DNA from: Cyanophora paradoxa CCMP329
Lineage: Eukaryota; Plantae; Glaucophyta
Assembly: GCA_004431415.1 (NCBI GenBank)
Contig: QPMI01000036.1
Coordinates: 434,001-498,000 of the forward strand
Length of the DNA: 64,000 nt
Direction: 5' to 3'
Both the position numbers and the translations under genes were made by a program. Position 1 is the stretch's first letter; every line of letters starts with the position of its first letter. This document shows positions 12,401 to 23,386 of the stretch, piece by piece. The notes below the pieces were generated by a model that saw only the letters and a program-made list of their open reading frames with translations, had not been told where the DNA came from and did not search any database.

Positions 12401-13846
12401 CGCCGGGTTGTACGCGAGCGAGCGCAGGATGCCGCTGCCGCTGTTCTGAGTCCCCGGCCTCCGAAGGTTCAGTAGCGGCATGTCCTTCGACGTGTTCGTG
12501 TCGAACGCCCGCAGGAAGCGGTCTGCGGCGCGGCCGGCTCAGAGAGCGAGCGCCCGAAAGAGAGAGAGAGAAAGGGAGCCGGACCCTTGACGTAGTAGGT
12601 CTGGTGGCCGTGGACGCAGTAGGCGGGGCGCTCGCGCTCGAGCTTGAAGACGATCATGCCGCTGTCGTGCCCGGCCGCCAGCAGGTTCTGCTCGGGGTGC
12701 GCCGAGAGGATCCAGAAGCGGTCGTGCTCCCGCCGGAAGGTCTGCGCCCCCGAGCGCTTCGACATGTCCCACACTGCCGCCGCCGCCGGTCAGAGAAGAT
12801 GGGGGCGAGGGCCGGAGAGGGGCGGGGCGGCGCACCGCGGATGGACTTGTCCTCGGAGTTGGAGATGATGAGCTCCTGGCGGGGGTGGAAGAGCACGCAG
12901 GAGACGTTGTTCACGTGCCCGCGCAGCGTGTCCACCTCCCACGCCTTCGTCTCTGCGGTGCGCGTGAGCGGCGCGGCCGCCGGCGCATACCGTCGTTTAG
13001 CAAGAGATCCTCGACGCGGGGCGCACCATTCATGCGCCACAACTTGACCTGACGATCATCGGCGCCGGAGACGATGAGCGGCAGGGTGGGGTGGAAGGAC
13101 GCCCAGTTGACGCCGCGGTCGTGGCCCTCCAGCACGTACTTCACGATGGCATCGCTGCCACCGAACAGGTCGGTGTTCACGGGCGGGATGCGGATCGAGT
13201 CCTCGGACGCCGAGACGGTCTTCTTGCGGAGACCTTCGCGCGCGAGGGCTTCAGAACGCGCGGCGCGTCGAAGCGAGAGGAGCAGAGGCAGTGCACACCG
13301 CCAATGTCCCAGACACGGACGGTTTGATCGAGGGAGGCGGAGACGACGAGGTCGTCCTTGGGATGGAACGCGGCGCACATCACGTAGTGGTTGTGGCCGG
13401 TTAGTACCGCGATGCATGTGCGGGACTGCCAGTTCCAGATGCGAATGGTCTGGTCGTCCGACGCGCTGACGATCCACGGATACTCGTGGTGGAACTGCAC
13501 CGTTCGAATGTAGTCCAGGTGGCCCAGCAGCGTGAAAAGGCACCGACGAAGCTTGTAGTTCCACACCTTGATCTTGTAGTCGTCACCGCCCGAGACGAAG
13601 AGCGGCTGGCTCTTGTGGAAGTGGACACCGCGAACAGGGCCTGCATGGGCGCGTCGGCGGCGGCGCGGGCGGGCGGGCTGGGGCGGCCGGACCATCGTGC
13701 TCATCAAAGCGGTCCAGCAGGGTCCCCATCCGGTAGTCCCACAGCTGGATGATGCCATTGTGGAGCGAGGCGAGGATCCATGGCCGCCGAGGGTGGAAGG
13801 CCAGGCCCTTCACGCGGTTGCTCTTGGTCTCGAATTTCGTCAACAT
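9422..13846 (-). CDS. COPA: Coatomer subunit alpha
   Basis: Begins [31 protein letters not shown]; WD40 repeats, [34 protein letters not shown] and a C-terminal CPY...CP. Confidence 0.98.
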
Positions 13847-14209
13847 CGCGCTACGCTCCGGGCAGGCTGCTTATCGATGCGCTCACGCTCGCCCGGCCGA
13901 GGGCTTCTTCCCCTACGACTGCTGGGTGCGAACGCACAGCCTGAACCGCCTCCTCGCGGAAGGAGAGCCTTAGCTAGCGAACGCCGGCTCCAAAGCTGAG
14001 CGACGAATCCGAGTGCCCCCCTCGCAGTTCTCCCCCCCCCCCGGAATTCAGGAAACTGTCAGGTGACGCTCACGTTCACGTCCTGGCTCCCGGCCATTAC
14101 TTAGTATCAGAAGTCTTGTCCTGAAAGCGCTTCCGTGCTCGGTCCCGTCGTGAAGCTGAAGCGCGCTGCTCCCAAAGCACGTTCAGCGTCTCCGGACTTC
14201 ACAGCACCG

Positions 14210-15972
14210 ATGCAGCTTGAGCGGAGCCTGAAGCGGGCGAGGCCGGACGAGTGGGAGCTCGAGGAGCCGGAGGGCCAGCACTGCGGGCTCTGGTCCATCC
14301 CGGACGAGCTGCAGGAGCGCATTCTCGCCGAGCTCGGCCCCGCGGAGGCGTGGCGGACTGCGCGGCGGACGTGCCGGCAGCTGCGGGCGCTGGTGGACGG
14401 CATCGAGTGGAAGGTGCTCGAGGCGAAGGGGAGCAGGCCGGAGGTGTTCGGCTCGCTCGCGGCGGCCGTGTGGGGCGGGCGCCTGCGGCTGAAGGAGGCC
14501 GCCGCCGTGAGGCTGGACGTGGTCTACGGGTTCCTGCGGGACAAGCCCGCCCACAGCTCCGCCAGCTGGCTGCGGTTCATGGCCCCGCAGCTGCACTGGA
14601 ACTTTCTCGGAGACGCCGCGTTCGGCGCGCTGCGGGCGTGCTCGGCGGCGGCGGGAGGCGCCGGCCTGGGGGAGGCGAGCGTGCGCCTCAGGAGGTGGCG
14701 CGGCTTCTGCGAGAACAGGCGGTACCAGGACACCAGCGCGATGACCGAGCACATCGTCGGGGTGCTGGACGCGCTGCAGCCGCCGGCCACGGCTATGGAG
14801 ACGGACGCGGGCCCGGCTGCGGCCGCCAGCTGCAGCCGCGTCCGCGGCGTCAGCATCGCCTGCGACGAGGACCGTGGCGGCTGGGGCCTCGACGTGGACC
14901 CCGGCTCGGTCCGGCGGGCCCTCTCGCCGTTCTCGGGCCTGCAGTCCCTGGCCCTGCCGCACGTGCTCCAGGACAGCGCGCTCCCGGCGCTCGCGGCGGC
15001 GGTCGTCGAGGCGTGCCCCTCGCTCCGCAGCCTGCTGCTCCCCATCCCGGGCAACGAGGCCCCCCGTATTCTCGAGCAGCTCGCGCGCTTAGAGCACCTC
15101 GAGGAGCTGCGGGCGTGGAGCCTCCCCTCGCGCTCGCGCCGCTCCCGCCCGCTCTCGCTGGACTGCGACGGTGCCTTCGTCGCGTTCCTGGAGAGCCCCG
15201 CCGGGCGCAACCTGCGCGTCCTCGGCGACCGGTGCGGCCCCGCCCGCCTGCGCCGCGCGGCGCCCCCGGCCACGCTCACCTGCCGGCAGGACGGTCCCGG
15301 AGGGCGAGGAGGGCGCCGGCGCGGGCGGGGCCTGCCCCGTCGTCCTCGGCACCGACGTGCTGGAGGCGCTCCCGCGCCTCCCGCGCCTGGAGCGGCTGGA
15401 CTTTGCCGGCGGGGTCGACCTGCGCATCCACGCCGGCCGGGACACCGAGCCGGCGCGGCGCTCGCTGCCGGCGCGGGCCGTGGCGCGCCTCGGCGACTGC
15501 CCGGCGCTCGCCGAGCTCGCCGTCTGCGTCGGCGTGGGCGTCGCGTCGGCCCCGGCGGCCATGCGCGGCCTGGCGGAGGCCCTCGAGAACTCCACCAGCC
15601 TGCGCCACCTCGACCTGTACCTCGGTGAGGCCGCCTGCGATCCCGCTCCGGCGCCGGTGCAGCTGACGCCCGGGCGCCTGCGCGGGCAGCGGTGCACGAG
15701 GACTTCCCGCAGGGGTACGGCGGGGCGCTGGGCCGCCTGCTGGCCGCCGCCGCGCCCCTCCTCCGCTCCTTCCACGCCGAGGGCGGGGCCGGCGAGCCGG
15801 ACGAGGCGCTGGCGGGGGCGCTGGGGCGGCCGGCCCGCTGGGCGCCGAGCTCGCGGAGGCGTACGCGTGGGGCGGCGGGGAGCGCCCGCAGTGGCGCCGC
15901 GCCGGGAGCCGCGCCCTCTACGCGGACGTGGACCCCCTCGTCGGCTTCGACTTCGACCTCGACCTCGAGTGA
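14210..15972 (+). CDS. F-box/LRR-like protein
   Basis: F-box motif LWSIPDELQERILAELGPAEAWRTARRTCRQLRALV, plus LRR-like LRSLLL, LEHLEEL, LERLDF and LRHLDL. Apparent indel near 15830. Confidence 0.75.
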
Positions 15973-16385
15973 GTGTGGCCGCGTACCCGCCCCGCCTGCC
16001 CACATCGTCTTCGTTCTCTGGATCTGGTGCGCGCCCGGTCCCCCGCCCGCCCGCCCGCCCCGCCCCCTGCCGTGCGGGGCTTGACTCGCCTTCGAGCTCC
16101 CTTAGCGCTCGAGCCGCCCCGTCGCGATCGTCGCCGCGCTCGCTGCGCATGCATGCTCGACCGCAACTCGCCCGCAACGTTAACGTTAACTGCCGCAACG
16201 CGCTTAGCTCCCCGGGTCCCTCCCGCTAGGTCCGCACGCTAACTCAAACCGAACTGGAAGCAAGAAACGTTTCCAAGTTTTTTTTGAGTTGAAGGGTATC
16301 AAGTTTCGCATGTATCATAGTATTTGCAAAAATAAAAAAAGCTATCATACCGCTGCAAAGTGATTGCCAGACGTCGACGCTATAG

Positions 16386-18447
16386 CTACGGCGCCGCCTC
16401 CGCAGCTGCAGCATGAGCGGGGTCGTTGGCCGTGGGCCGGTGCGGCTGCGCGCCGGCGGCGGCGGCGGCGCGGCGGGCCCGGAGGAAGGCGCGGAAGAGC
16501 TTCGGGGTGGACCCGACGCACGCAGCGAAGCGGTCGTCGGACGCGCGGGCGAGGTCCGCGGGCGCCAGCCCCTCCGCCCGCCCCTCCGCCTCCGCGAAGT
16601 CAAGCCTGCGAGGGCCGCATACATAAGCGAGCCGTAAGAAAGAGAGAAAGCAGGGAAGGGCGGCGGCGCGCCGGGCCTCGAGGGCGCCGAGGTCGCGGCG
16701 GAAGAGGGCGGGGCAGCGCGCCGCCTCCTCCAGAGAGAGCCCGAGGCGGCCCTCCAAAAACCTGGGGGCGGATTCAGAGGGGGAGATAGAGGGGGGGGTA
16801 GAGGGGGCGCGCCGGAGGCGGGGCGCGATCTCGTCCTCGGGGTGCATCGCAAGCACGCCGGGCGCCCTCCGCAGCAGCCGCGCCTGAGGCGGGGGCGGGG
16901 CTCAGGTGAACTTGCGGGGGGGTAGAGGGAAGCGGGGGGCTGACCACGCCGCGGGCGTCCAGGCCGGCCTGCCGCGCGGCGGCGTGAGGGGCGGGAAGGC
17001 CGGGGCGGGGCCGGGCGGGGCGGATCTATAAATAGCGACAAAATGCTCTTTGCTTTGGCGGGGCGGAGAGGGCCGAAAGCGGACCCGCTGGAGGGCGGCG
17101 GCGGCGGAGTGCCAGAGGAGGAGCGGGGCGGCGAAGGCGGCCGGGTCCCGCCTGCACATAACCCCGATCTGCCGCGCGGCTCGCGATCGGCCGGGCGCCT
17201 GCTTCATCGGGCGGGGCGGGGCGGGGCGGGCCTGGGGGCGGGAGATCCCCCAGCCGAGGAGGAAGAACAGCTTGGGGGAGAGGTCGTTCTCGTAGCTGCT
17301 CGGCGGGCGCGCGGCGTAAGAGGGGCGGAAAGCCAAGGGCGGCGGGGCGGCCGAGCCTGGCGCGGAGGAGGGCCCGGCAGCGCGTCACGATGCGACCCCG
17401 CGCCTCGACGGGTACCTGAATCGGACTCGGCGGGGGTACGGGCAGGGCGGGGGAGGCGGGGAGGGGTACCGAGGTCTCCTCGAGGAACGCAACGAGGTCG
17501 TTGAAGGAGGAGGAGAAGGCCTGCGGGGCGACCTCGACCGGGGGTACGCGAAAAAGCCGAACAGCTGAAGCCGGGGGGGTACCGCGAAGAGGAGGTCGGG
17601 GTCCTCGCGGAAGAGGCGGCGGGCGGCGGGGGAGCCGACGGCGAGGCCGAGGCGCGCGTAGGCCTCGCCGGCGATCGCCATGTCGTCCTCGTCGGCGAAG
17701 AGCCGCCGCGGGTTGCGCCTCACCTCCGCTAGCACGTCCCCGCGACGCACGCCGGCCTCCTCCCAGAGCGCCGTGCGCCGCCGCAGCACCGCCGGGCTGT
17801 GCCGCAGCAGCTCCGGCTCCAGGCTCAGCGTCAGGAACGCCTCCTGTGCGCGGTGCGGAGATCAGGAGGGGGGCCGGGGGCGGTCCGAGGCGGCGGCGGG
17901 GCGGGGCGCGCCCTGGGGTCCATCTGAATGTCCTCAGTGAGGAAGGCCATGACGGGGCGGAGGACGGTGTCGACGCTCAGGCCGACGAGCAGCGGCGCGT
18001 TGACGTACGCCTCCCCGATCTCCAGCGGGTGCAGGCCCTGCCCCAGCAGGAACTCGAACGTCGGCTGTACGCAGCGCTCGACGTCCAGAAACTTCACCCG
18101 CGGCCGCTTCTCGAGCACCTGCGCCGGCGCCCCGCTCGCACGCCGCGCCGCATGCGAGGCGCGGGCCCGCGCGGGGCGCCGCTACCTTCACGATGTGCGA
18201 GTCCGGGACGCCCTGCGAGCCGCGCGTGAGCCGCGCAAACGGAGGCGGCGGACGCTCCGCGGCGCACGACGCTGGAGAGGAAGAAGACGGCGTTGCTGTC
18301 CGCGTCCGGGTCGTAGATTTGCGAGCGCTCCCAAATCCGCCTCGGCCGCCGCATCCAGATCTGACACCTTGCGCTCTCGCGCGGCCGCACCAGCGACCTC
18401 GGCCTTGGAACGGCCGGCGCCGGCGCCAGAAACGCGCAGCCGAACAT
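16386..18447 (-). CDS. mTERF-family protein with an organellar (probably plastid) transit peptide
   Basis: N-terminus MFGCAFLAPAPAVPRP; mTERF-like repeats RPRVKFLDVERCVQPTFEFLLGQG, APLLVGLSVDTVLRPVMAFL, SYENDLSPKLFFLLGWG and SDDRFAACVGST. Confidence 0.8.
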
Positions 18448-18848
18448 CGCCGGCGCGCGGCTCCCACGTCCTCCTCCAATCGGCCGGCGGACGGCGCGAG
18501 TGGGGCCGTGCGGGTGCAAGCTAACCGCTGACGTCGGACGTCTCCTTTTGTGATCCTTGCACACGGCTTTGCTGTAAAAGCGCTCTCAAACCCGAGATGG
18601 TTGCTGGCTGGCTGATCGTGGTTTCGTGTACTCCCCTGCTCACGGCTCGAAGTCGGCTTCAACGCTGCACTCGCGCCTCTAGGGGCACTCTCTGCTGCTT
18701 CTGACTGTCATTCGAGCGCTTGGCACTGGTGTTCAGGCTAGATCCACCTCGGGTCGAAGGCCGCGAGGCAACCGCGAAAGTTAGCTAGTGGCGGCAGCAT
18801 GGCGTAGGAGCGCGTTTGGCAGCCTCAGCTAGCATCTAGAAGCTCGGC

Positions 18849-20496
18849 ATGAGGGACGCGTTCTGCGCGGAGGTGCTCCGCCGCGCGGAGCCGCACCTGC
18901 CCTACCGGCCCGAGCTCCCGCAGCCGCGACGGGCGAGGAAGCCGCAACTGCTCGTCCCGGGTCTGCAGGACGTCATTGCCATCCAGCAGACTTTCCGCGA
19001 GCCGCCGCCCAACTCGCTGTTCCGAGCCCAGGCGATGACGCAGCAGGAGGCCATCCGGTGCCCCTTGCCATTCGCTCTATATCCTCGCTGAGCTGCAGGC
19101 TGAGCCGAACGGGGCCCGGCCGCGGGCGCAGGGTCTACCGGGACCGGGGCGAGCCCGTGCCGTCGCTCATCACGCACACCCTCTCCGACGTGCAGTTCAG
19201 CCTGCCGGAGCCGCCCTCCCCGCGCCGCTTCCGCCCCCCGCCCGTCCGCAAGATCCCGCCCCTCCGGGCGTCCCGCCCCGCCCCCGGGGCCTCTGCGGAG
19301 GGGCCCTCCTCCGCCCCCGCCCGCTTCCGAGAGCCGACGTGCGCGCCCCCGGACCCCCGGGCCCAGCCGCGCCCGACGCCCGACCCGCGCGCAGGACCTC
19401 GTGGGAGCGGCGGGAGCAGGCGGCGAATGCCGCGCGCCTGCGGCGGAGGGAGCTGCTGTACGGCCCGGGCGCCGCGTACCCCCCCTCGCCGCGGGCCCCG
19501 GCCCCGGCCCCGCCGGCGAGGCCGTCCGCCTCGACCCTGGAGCATGCCAGCCCGCGGGGTCCCTCCCCGCGGAGCGCGGGGGGCGACTCGCCGGGCCCCG
19601 CGAGCGACTACTTCGACGAGCCGGAACCGCCGGTACCCCCACTCGCCCCCCCCCCCTCTCCCCTCGTCCTCACATCCGGAGCCCAGCCGCACGCTGCCGG
19701 CCCGCCCAGGGCCTTTGACGAGAGCATGGTGGTGCGGACGCTGGCGGCGGCGCTGGCGGCGAGCGACGACGCCGCCTTCCTCGCCGCGTACGACGACCTC
19801 GTACCCGCCGACATGCTCCCCGAGTGCGAACGAAGCTTAGTTCTTAAGGAAGCGTAGGAGGCTTTAGGAAGCTTAGCGGGGCGGGCGGGCCGGCGGGGCG
19901 CAGGGAGGTGGAGCGGCTGAAGGAGCGGGCGCGGCTCCTCGCGGGGGAGAACCGCGACGAGGCCGTCCTCCGCAAGCTGAGGGCCTCCGCCCCCCAGCCC
20001 GGGGCGTCCGGGTCCCCTCCCGCCGCCCAGACGAAGAAGAAGAAACATGCTGCGGCGGCGGGGGCCGTGGCGGAAGCCAGGGCGGCCGGCTCGAGGCGGT
20101 CATCCCCCAAAGAGCGCCAGCAGCGGCCGAGGGCGGGGCCGGGGCCGCCGGGCCCGGGCCCCGCCGGCCGCCGCCGGTCCCTAGCCATCGCTTTGGACGC
20201 CGAGCCGCCGCGCAGCAGGCGCGGCTCGGCGGTCGAGTGGCCGTTCTTCCGCCGCGCCTCCCTCGGTGCGAGCGCCGGCGCCGGCGCCGGCGCCCGCCCG
20301 TTATTCACGAGCGCGGCGCAGTGGTTGGGCTGGCGCGGGCAGGGCGAGCGCGAGCGTGCCTGTACCCCTGCGTGCGCCGGGGGGGCCGGCCGCGGGCGAG
20401 CCGCCCTCGCGCCGCGGGAGCGCCCTGGCGCCCGGCCCCCTCCACGCGCACCCGGGCCGCCCCAGCGCCGCCGCCGTCCCCACCCTCGACGCCTAG
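18849..20496 (+). CDS. Hypothetical Pro/Arg-rich protein
   Basis: ATG divergent from mTERF; coding-like exons (MRDAFCAEVLRRAEPHL, LAASDDAAFLAAYDDL, ERLKERARLLAGENRDEAVLRK). The 3' end is uncertain. Confidence 0.5.
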
Positions 20497-20586
20497 CTAG
20501 CTAGCGCTCCGCAGCCTTCTCCTTGTAATAGTATCCGGTTCGAAACAACAACAGCAGAGCTACTCAACTCCTGAGCCCCCTAGGCC

Positions 20587-23302
20587 TCAGACGGGCTTCA
20601 TGGGGCGCACGGACATGAAGTGCTTCAGGATCTCCGGCGTCACCTTCTTCCGCTCCTCCTGCGGGGTACAGGAGTTCAGGGGGGGTACTCCGAGGCGGCC
20701 GGGGGTACAGCAAAGAAGAAGGGCGCGCCTGGTGCCTGGCGACGAGCTCCTGGATCACCTCTATGAGGACCTTCTTCACCTCGCCCGTCAGCATGCGCCC
20801 CGCCTTGTACTCCTGTACCCCCGGCCGGTCAGAAGGGGGGCGGGGGGGTGGAATGGCCCCGGGGTACGCGCGTCGTGGATGTGCTGGAGCTTCTCGTCGT
20901 CCTCGAGGAAGAACGTGAGGTACTTGTAGGGCACCTGGGCGAGGGAGGGAGGGGGCGGACGGGTGAGGCGGGAGGACGGACGCCTGCGCGGTCTAAGGGG
21001 GTCGCCGCGCACGTCGACGTCGATGTTGGCGCCGTTGGCGCGGTGCTCCTCGACCGTCGCGCCGCCCCCGCTGAAGGCGTACTTGTTGATCTGCCCGATC
21101 GCCCGCTTAGGAGCAAGCACGCGCGGCGCCAGTGACTACGAGTGCGAAATCGAATCTTGTCTAGGATGTTTATTACGGCGGCATGCGCGGCCGCTCGCTC
21201 GCTCGATTAGGCAAGAGGCGAGGGGGGCCCCGGCCCGGCCCGGCCCCTCCAAGGCGCCCGGGCGGGCGGGCGGGGGGGCGGGCGGGCGCGCCTTTTCCTT
21301 GATCTGCTTGGGGGTGTCGGTGAGGAAGATGGCCGTCGAGGTGTCCGACGCCGACATCTTCGTGTTCTCGCCCTGCGCCCCGCCAGAGTTAGGCCCGCCT
21401 CGTCCACAATCTATTCTGCCCCGCTTCAGGCGCGGCTGCTGCGGAGGACGCTTCGCGGCGCAATGGAGCGCGCCGCCAGAGTTAGGATCGCCTCGTCCAC
21501 AATCTATTCTCTTCATCTAATCTTCCCTTTCGCTTCCTCTAATCTCTTCGCTTCAGTTAAAGTTCGTCCGGCCCCCCGTCCGCGAGACGCGCGCGCCTGG
21601 AGGGCGGGGAAGAACTTGGAGTGGAGGAGGGCGGGCTTGGGGCCCCCCACGCGGTGCGCGACGTCCCGCGTCACGCGGAAGTAGGGGTCCTGGTCGATGG
21701 CGCACGGGATCAGGCAGAGCACGTCCTGCAGGGGGGGGAGAACCCGGGTCAGATGGGTCAGACGGAGGGGGGGGGGGGGGGGGGCGGGGCGGGGCGGGGG
21801 GGGCGGGGGGAAGCGCCTTGCGGTCGCCGAAGATGTGGGGGAACGAGGTCGCGAACGAGGGCGCCGCCTGCACCGCCGGGAACGCGTACTGTACCCCCCG
21901 TTCTCAGCGGGGCGGGGGGTACCGGGGCGCAGGAGGTGGGGCGGGGCGCGCCTTGCCGATGGGATCCTCAGGGACGAATCCGAACGCGCCGCGGATCTGA
22001 ACGAAGGGTTCTGGCGGGGGGTACGGGGCGGGAGGCGCGGAAGGCGCGGGGGTACCTGGTTGTATGTGACGGACTTCTGGATCCTGACAATGTTGCGGTA
22101 CATGTGCCTGCGTACCCCTGAAGTCAGGGGTGCGCTAGAAACGAGGCGGGAGGGGGGGGGGAGGGGAGGGGGTACGGCGCGCCCGACGTAGTCGAGGTCG
22201 GAGAAGATGAACGTGCGGTCGGGGTTGAATCCGCACGCGATGATGTCCTTCGCGTTCTCGTGCGTCAGGCGGTACGCCTCCTCGAGCGGGATGTCCCTCC
22301 AGATGAACTGCGGGGGGGAATGAGCGAGGGCGGAATGCGGAGACGGGGGGGTGCCGCGCGCCTTCTCGTCGTCGGTCATCTGGATGACGAGGGGTACGTC
22401 GAAGACCTCCTGCAGCCACCTGCGCGGGCCTTAGCGAAGCGGGCGCGGGCGGGGCTGGGCGGGGCGGCGGGCGCGGGGCGCGCTGGGTGATCTGGAAGGG
22501 GATGAGGTGCCCCAGGTGCATGCTCTCGGACGAGGGGCCGCGCCCCGTGTAGAGGTAGAAGGGCTTGCCCTTCTCCTTCGCGTCCAGAATCGTCTCCAGG
22601 TCCCTGCGGCGGGGTCTCAGGCCCGCGCGGGGCCCGCGGGGCGCCGGCAGCTAGGCCCGCCTGTGCGAGAAGAAGAAGCCTGCGGGGGCGGGGGCGTCGG
22701 CGCGGGGCAGGGGCGGGGAGCGCGGCGGGCGGGCGCGGCGCACCGCGGCGGATGAAGCGGTGCAGCTTGCGGTCGCCGATGGCCTTCTGGAGGCGAGCCA
22801 GCAGCTCCGGCGTGATCGGGGTGCTCCCGAACTTCTGGATGAGCTTGTTGTAGTCCACCTTGCCTGCCCCGCCGCCGCCGCGTGAGCGCACGAGGCCGAG
22901 CGCGCGCGCCGGCGCCTCCGGCGGGCGCCCGCACCCTGCACGGTCCACGGGTCGACAACCGTCTCCTCGCCGCCGTCGGCGGCGGGCGCGGCGGCGGGCG
23001 CGGCAGCCGGCGCGGCGGAGCTCTGCGCAGTCCAGGCGTGAGCGAGCGAGCGAGCGGCGGCGCCAAGGAGCGCCGTTGGAGGAGCGCTGTGGGACCTTGT
23101 CGGCGAGCTCGGCGCGCAGGGCCTTCATGAGCGCTACGGCCTGCTCGACCTCGGCCTTGCTGGCGCCGGCGGCCTTGATGGCACGAACGTGCTCCGCCTG
23201 CGCATCGGCCTTCCGCTTGAGCTCCTCGAGTTCCGCCTCTGCACACGAATCAGCCGAGCCTGCAGATCATTCGGCTCGCGCGGCGGCCGCACCGGTCGCC
23301 AT
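20587..23302 (-). CDS. WARS1: Cytosolic tryptophanyl-tRNA synthetase with an N-terminal WHEP domain
   Basis: [28 protein letters not shown] (HIGH), [27 protein letters not shown] and INKYAFSGG. Confidence 0.97.
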
Positions 23303-23386
23303 TTCGACGAAGTTGTCGTCGAAGAACGCGTACCCTGGCGCCCGGGGTACGAGACCAAAGCTGCGTTCAAAGTCCGGAACGGCGCC

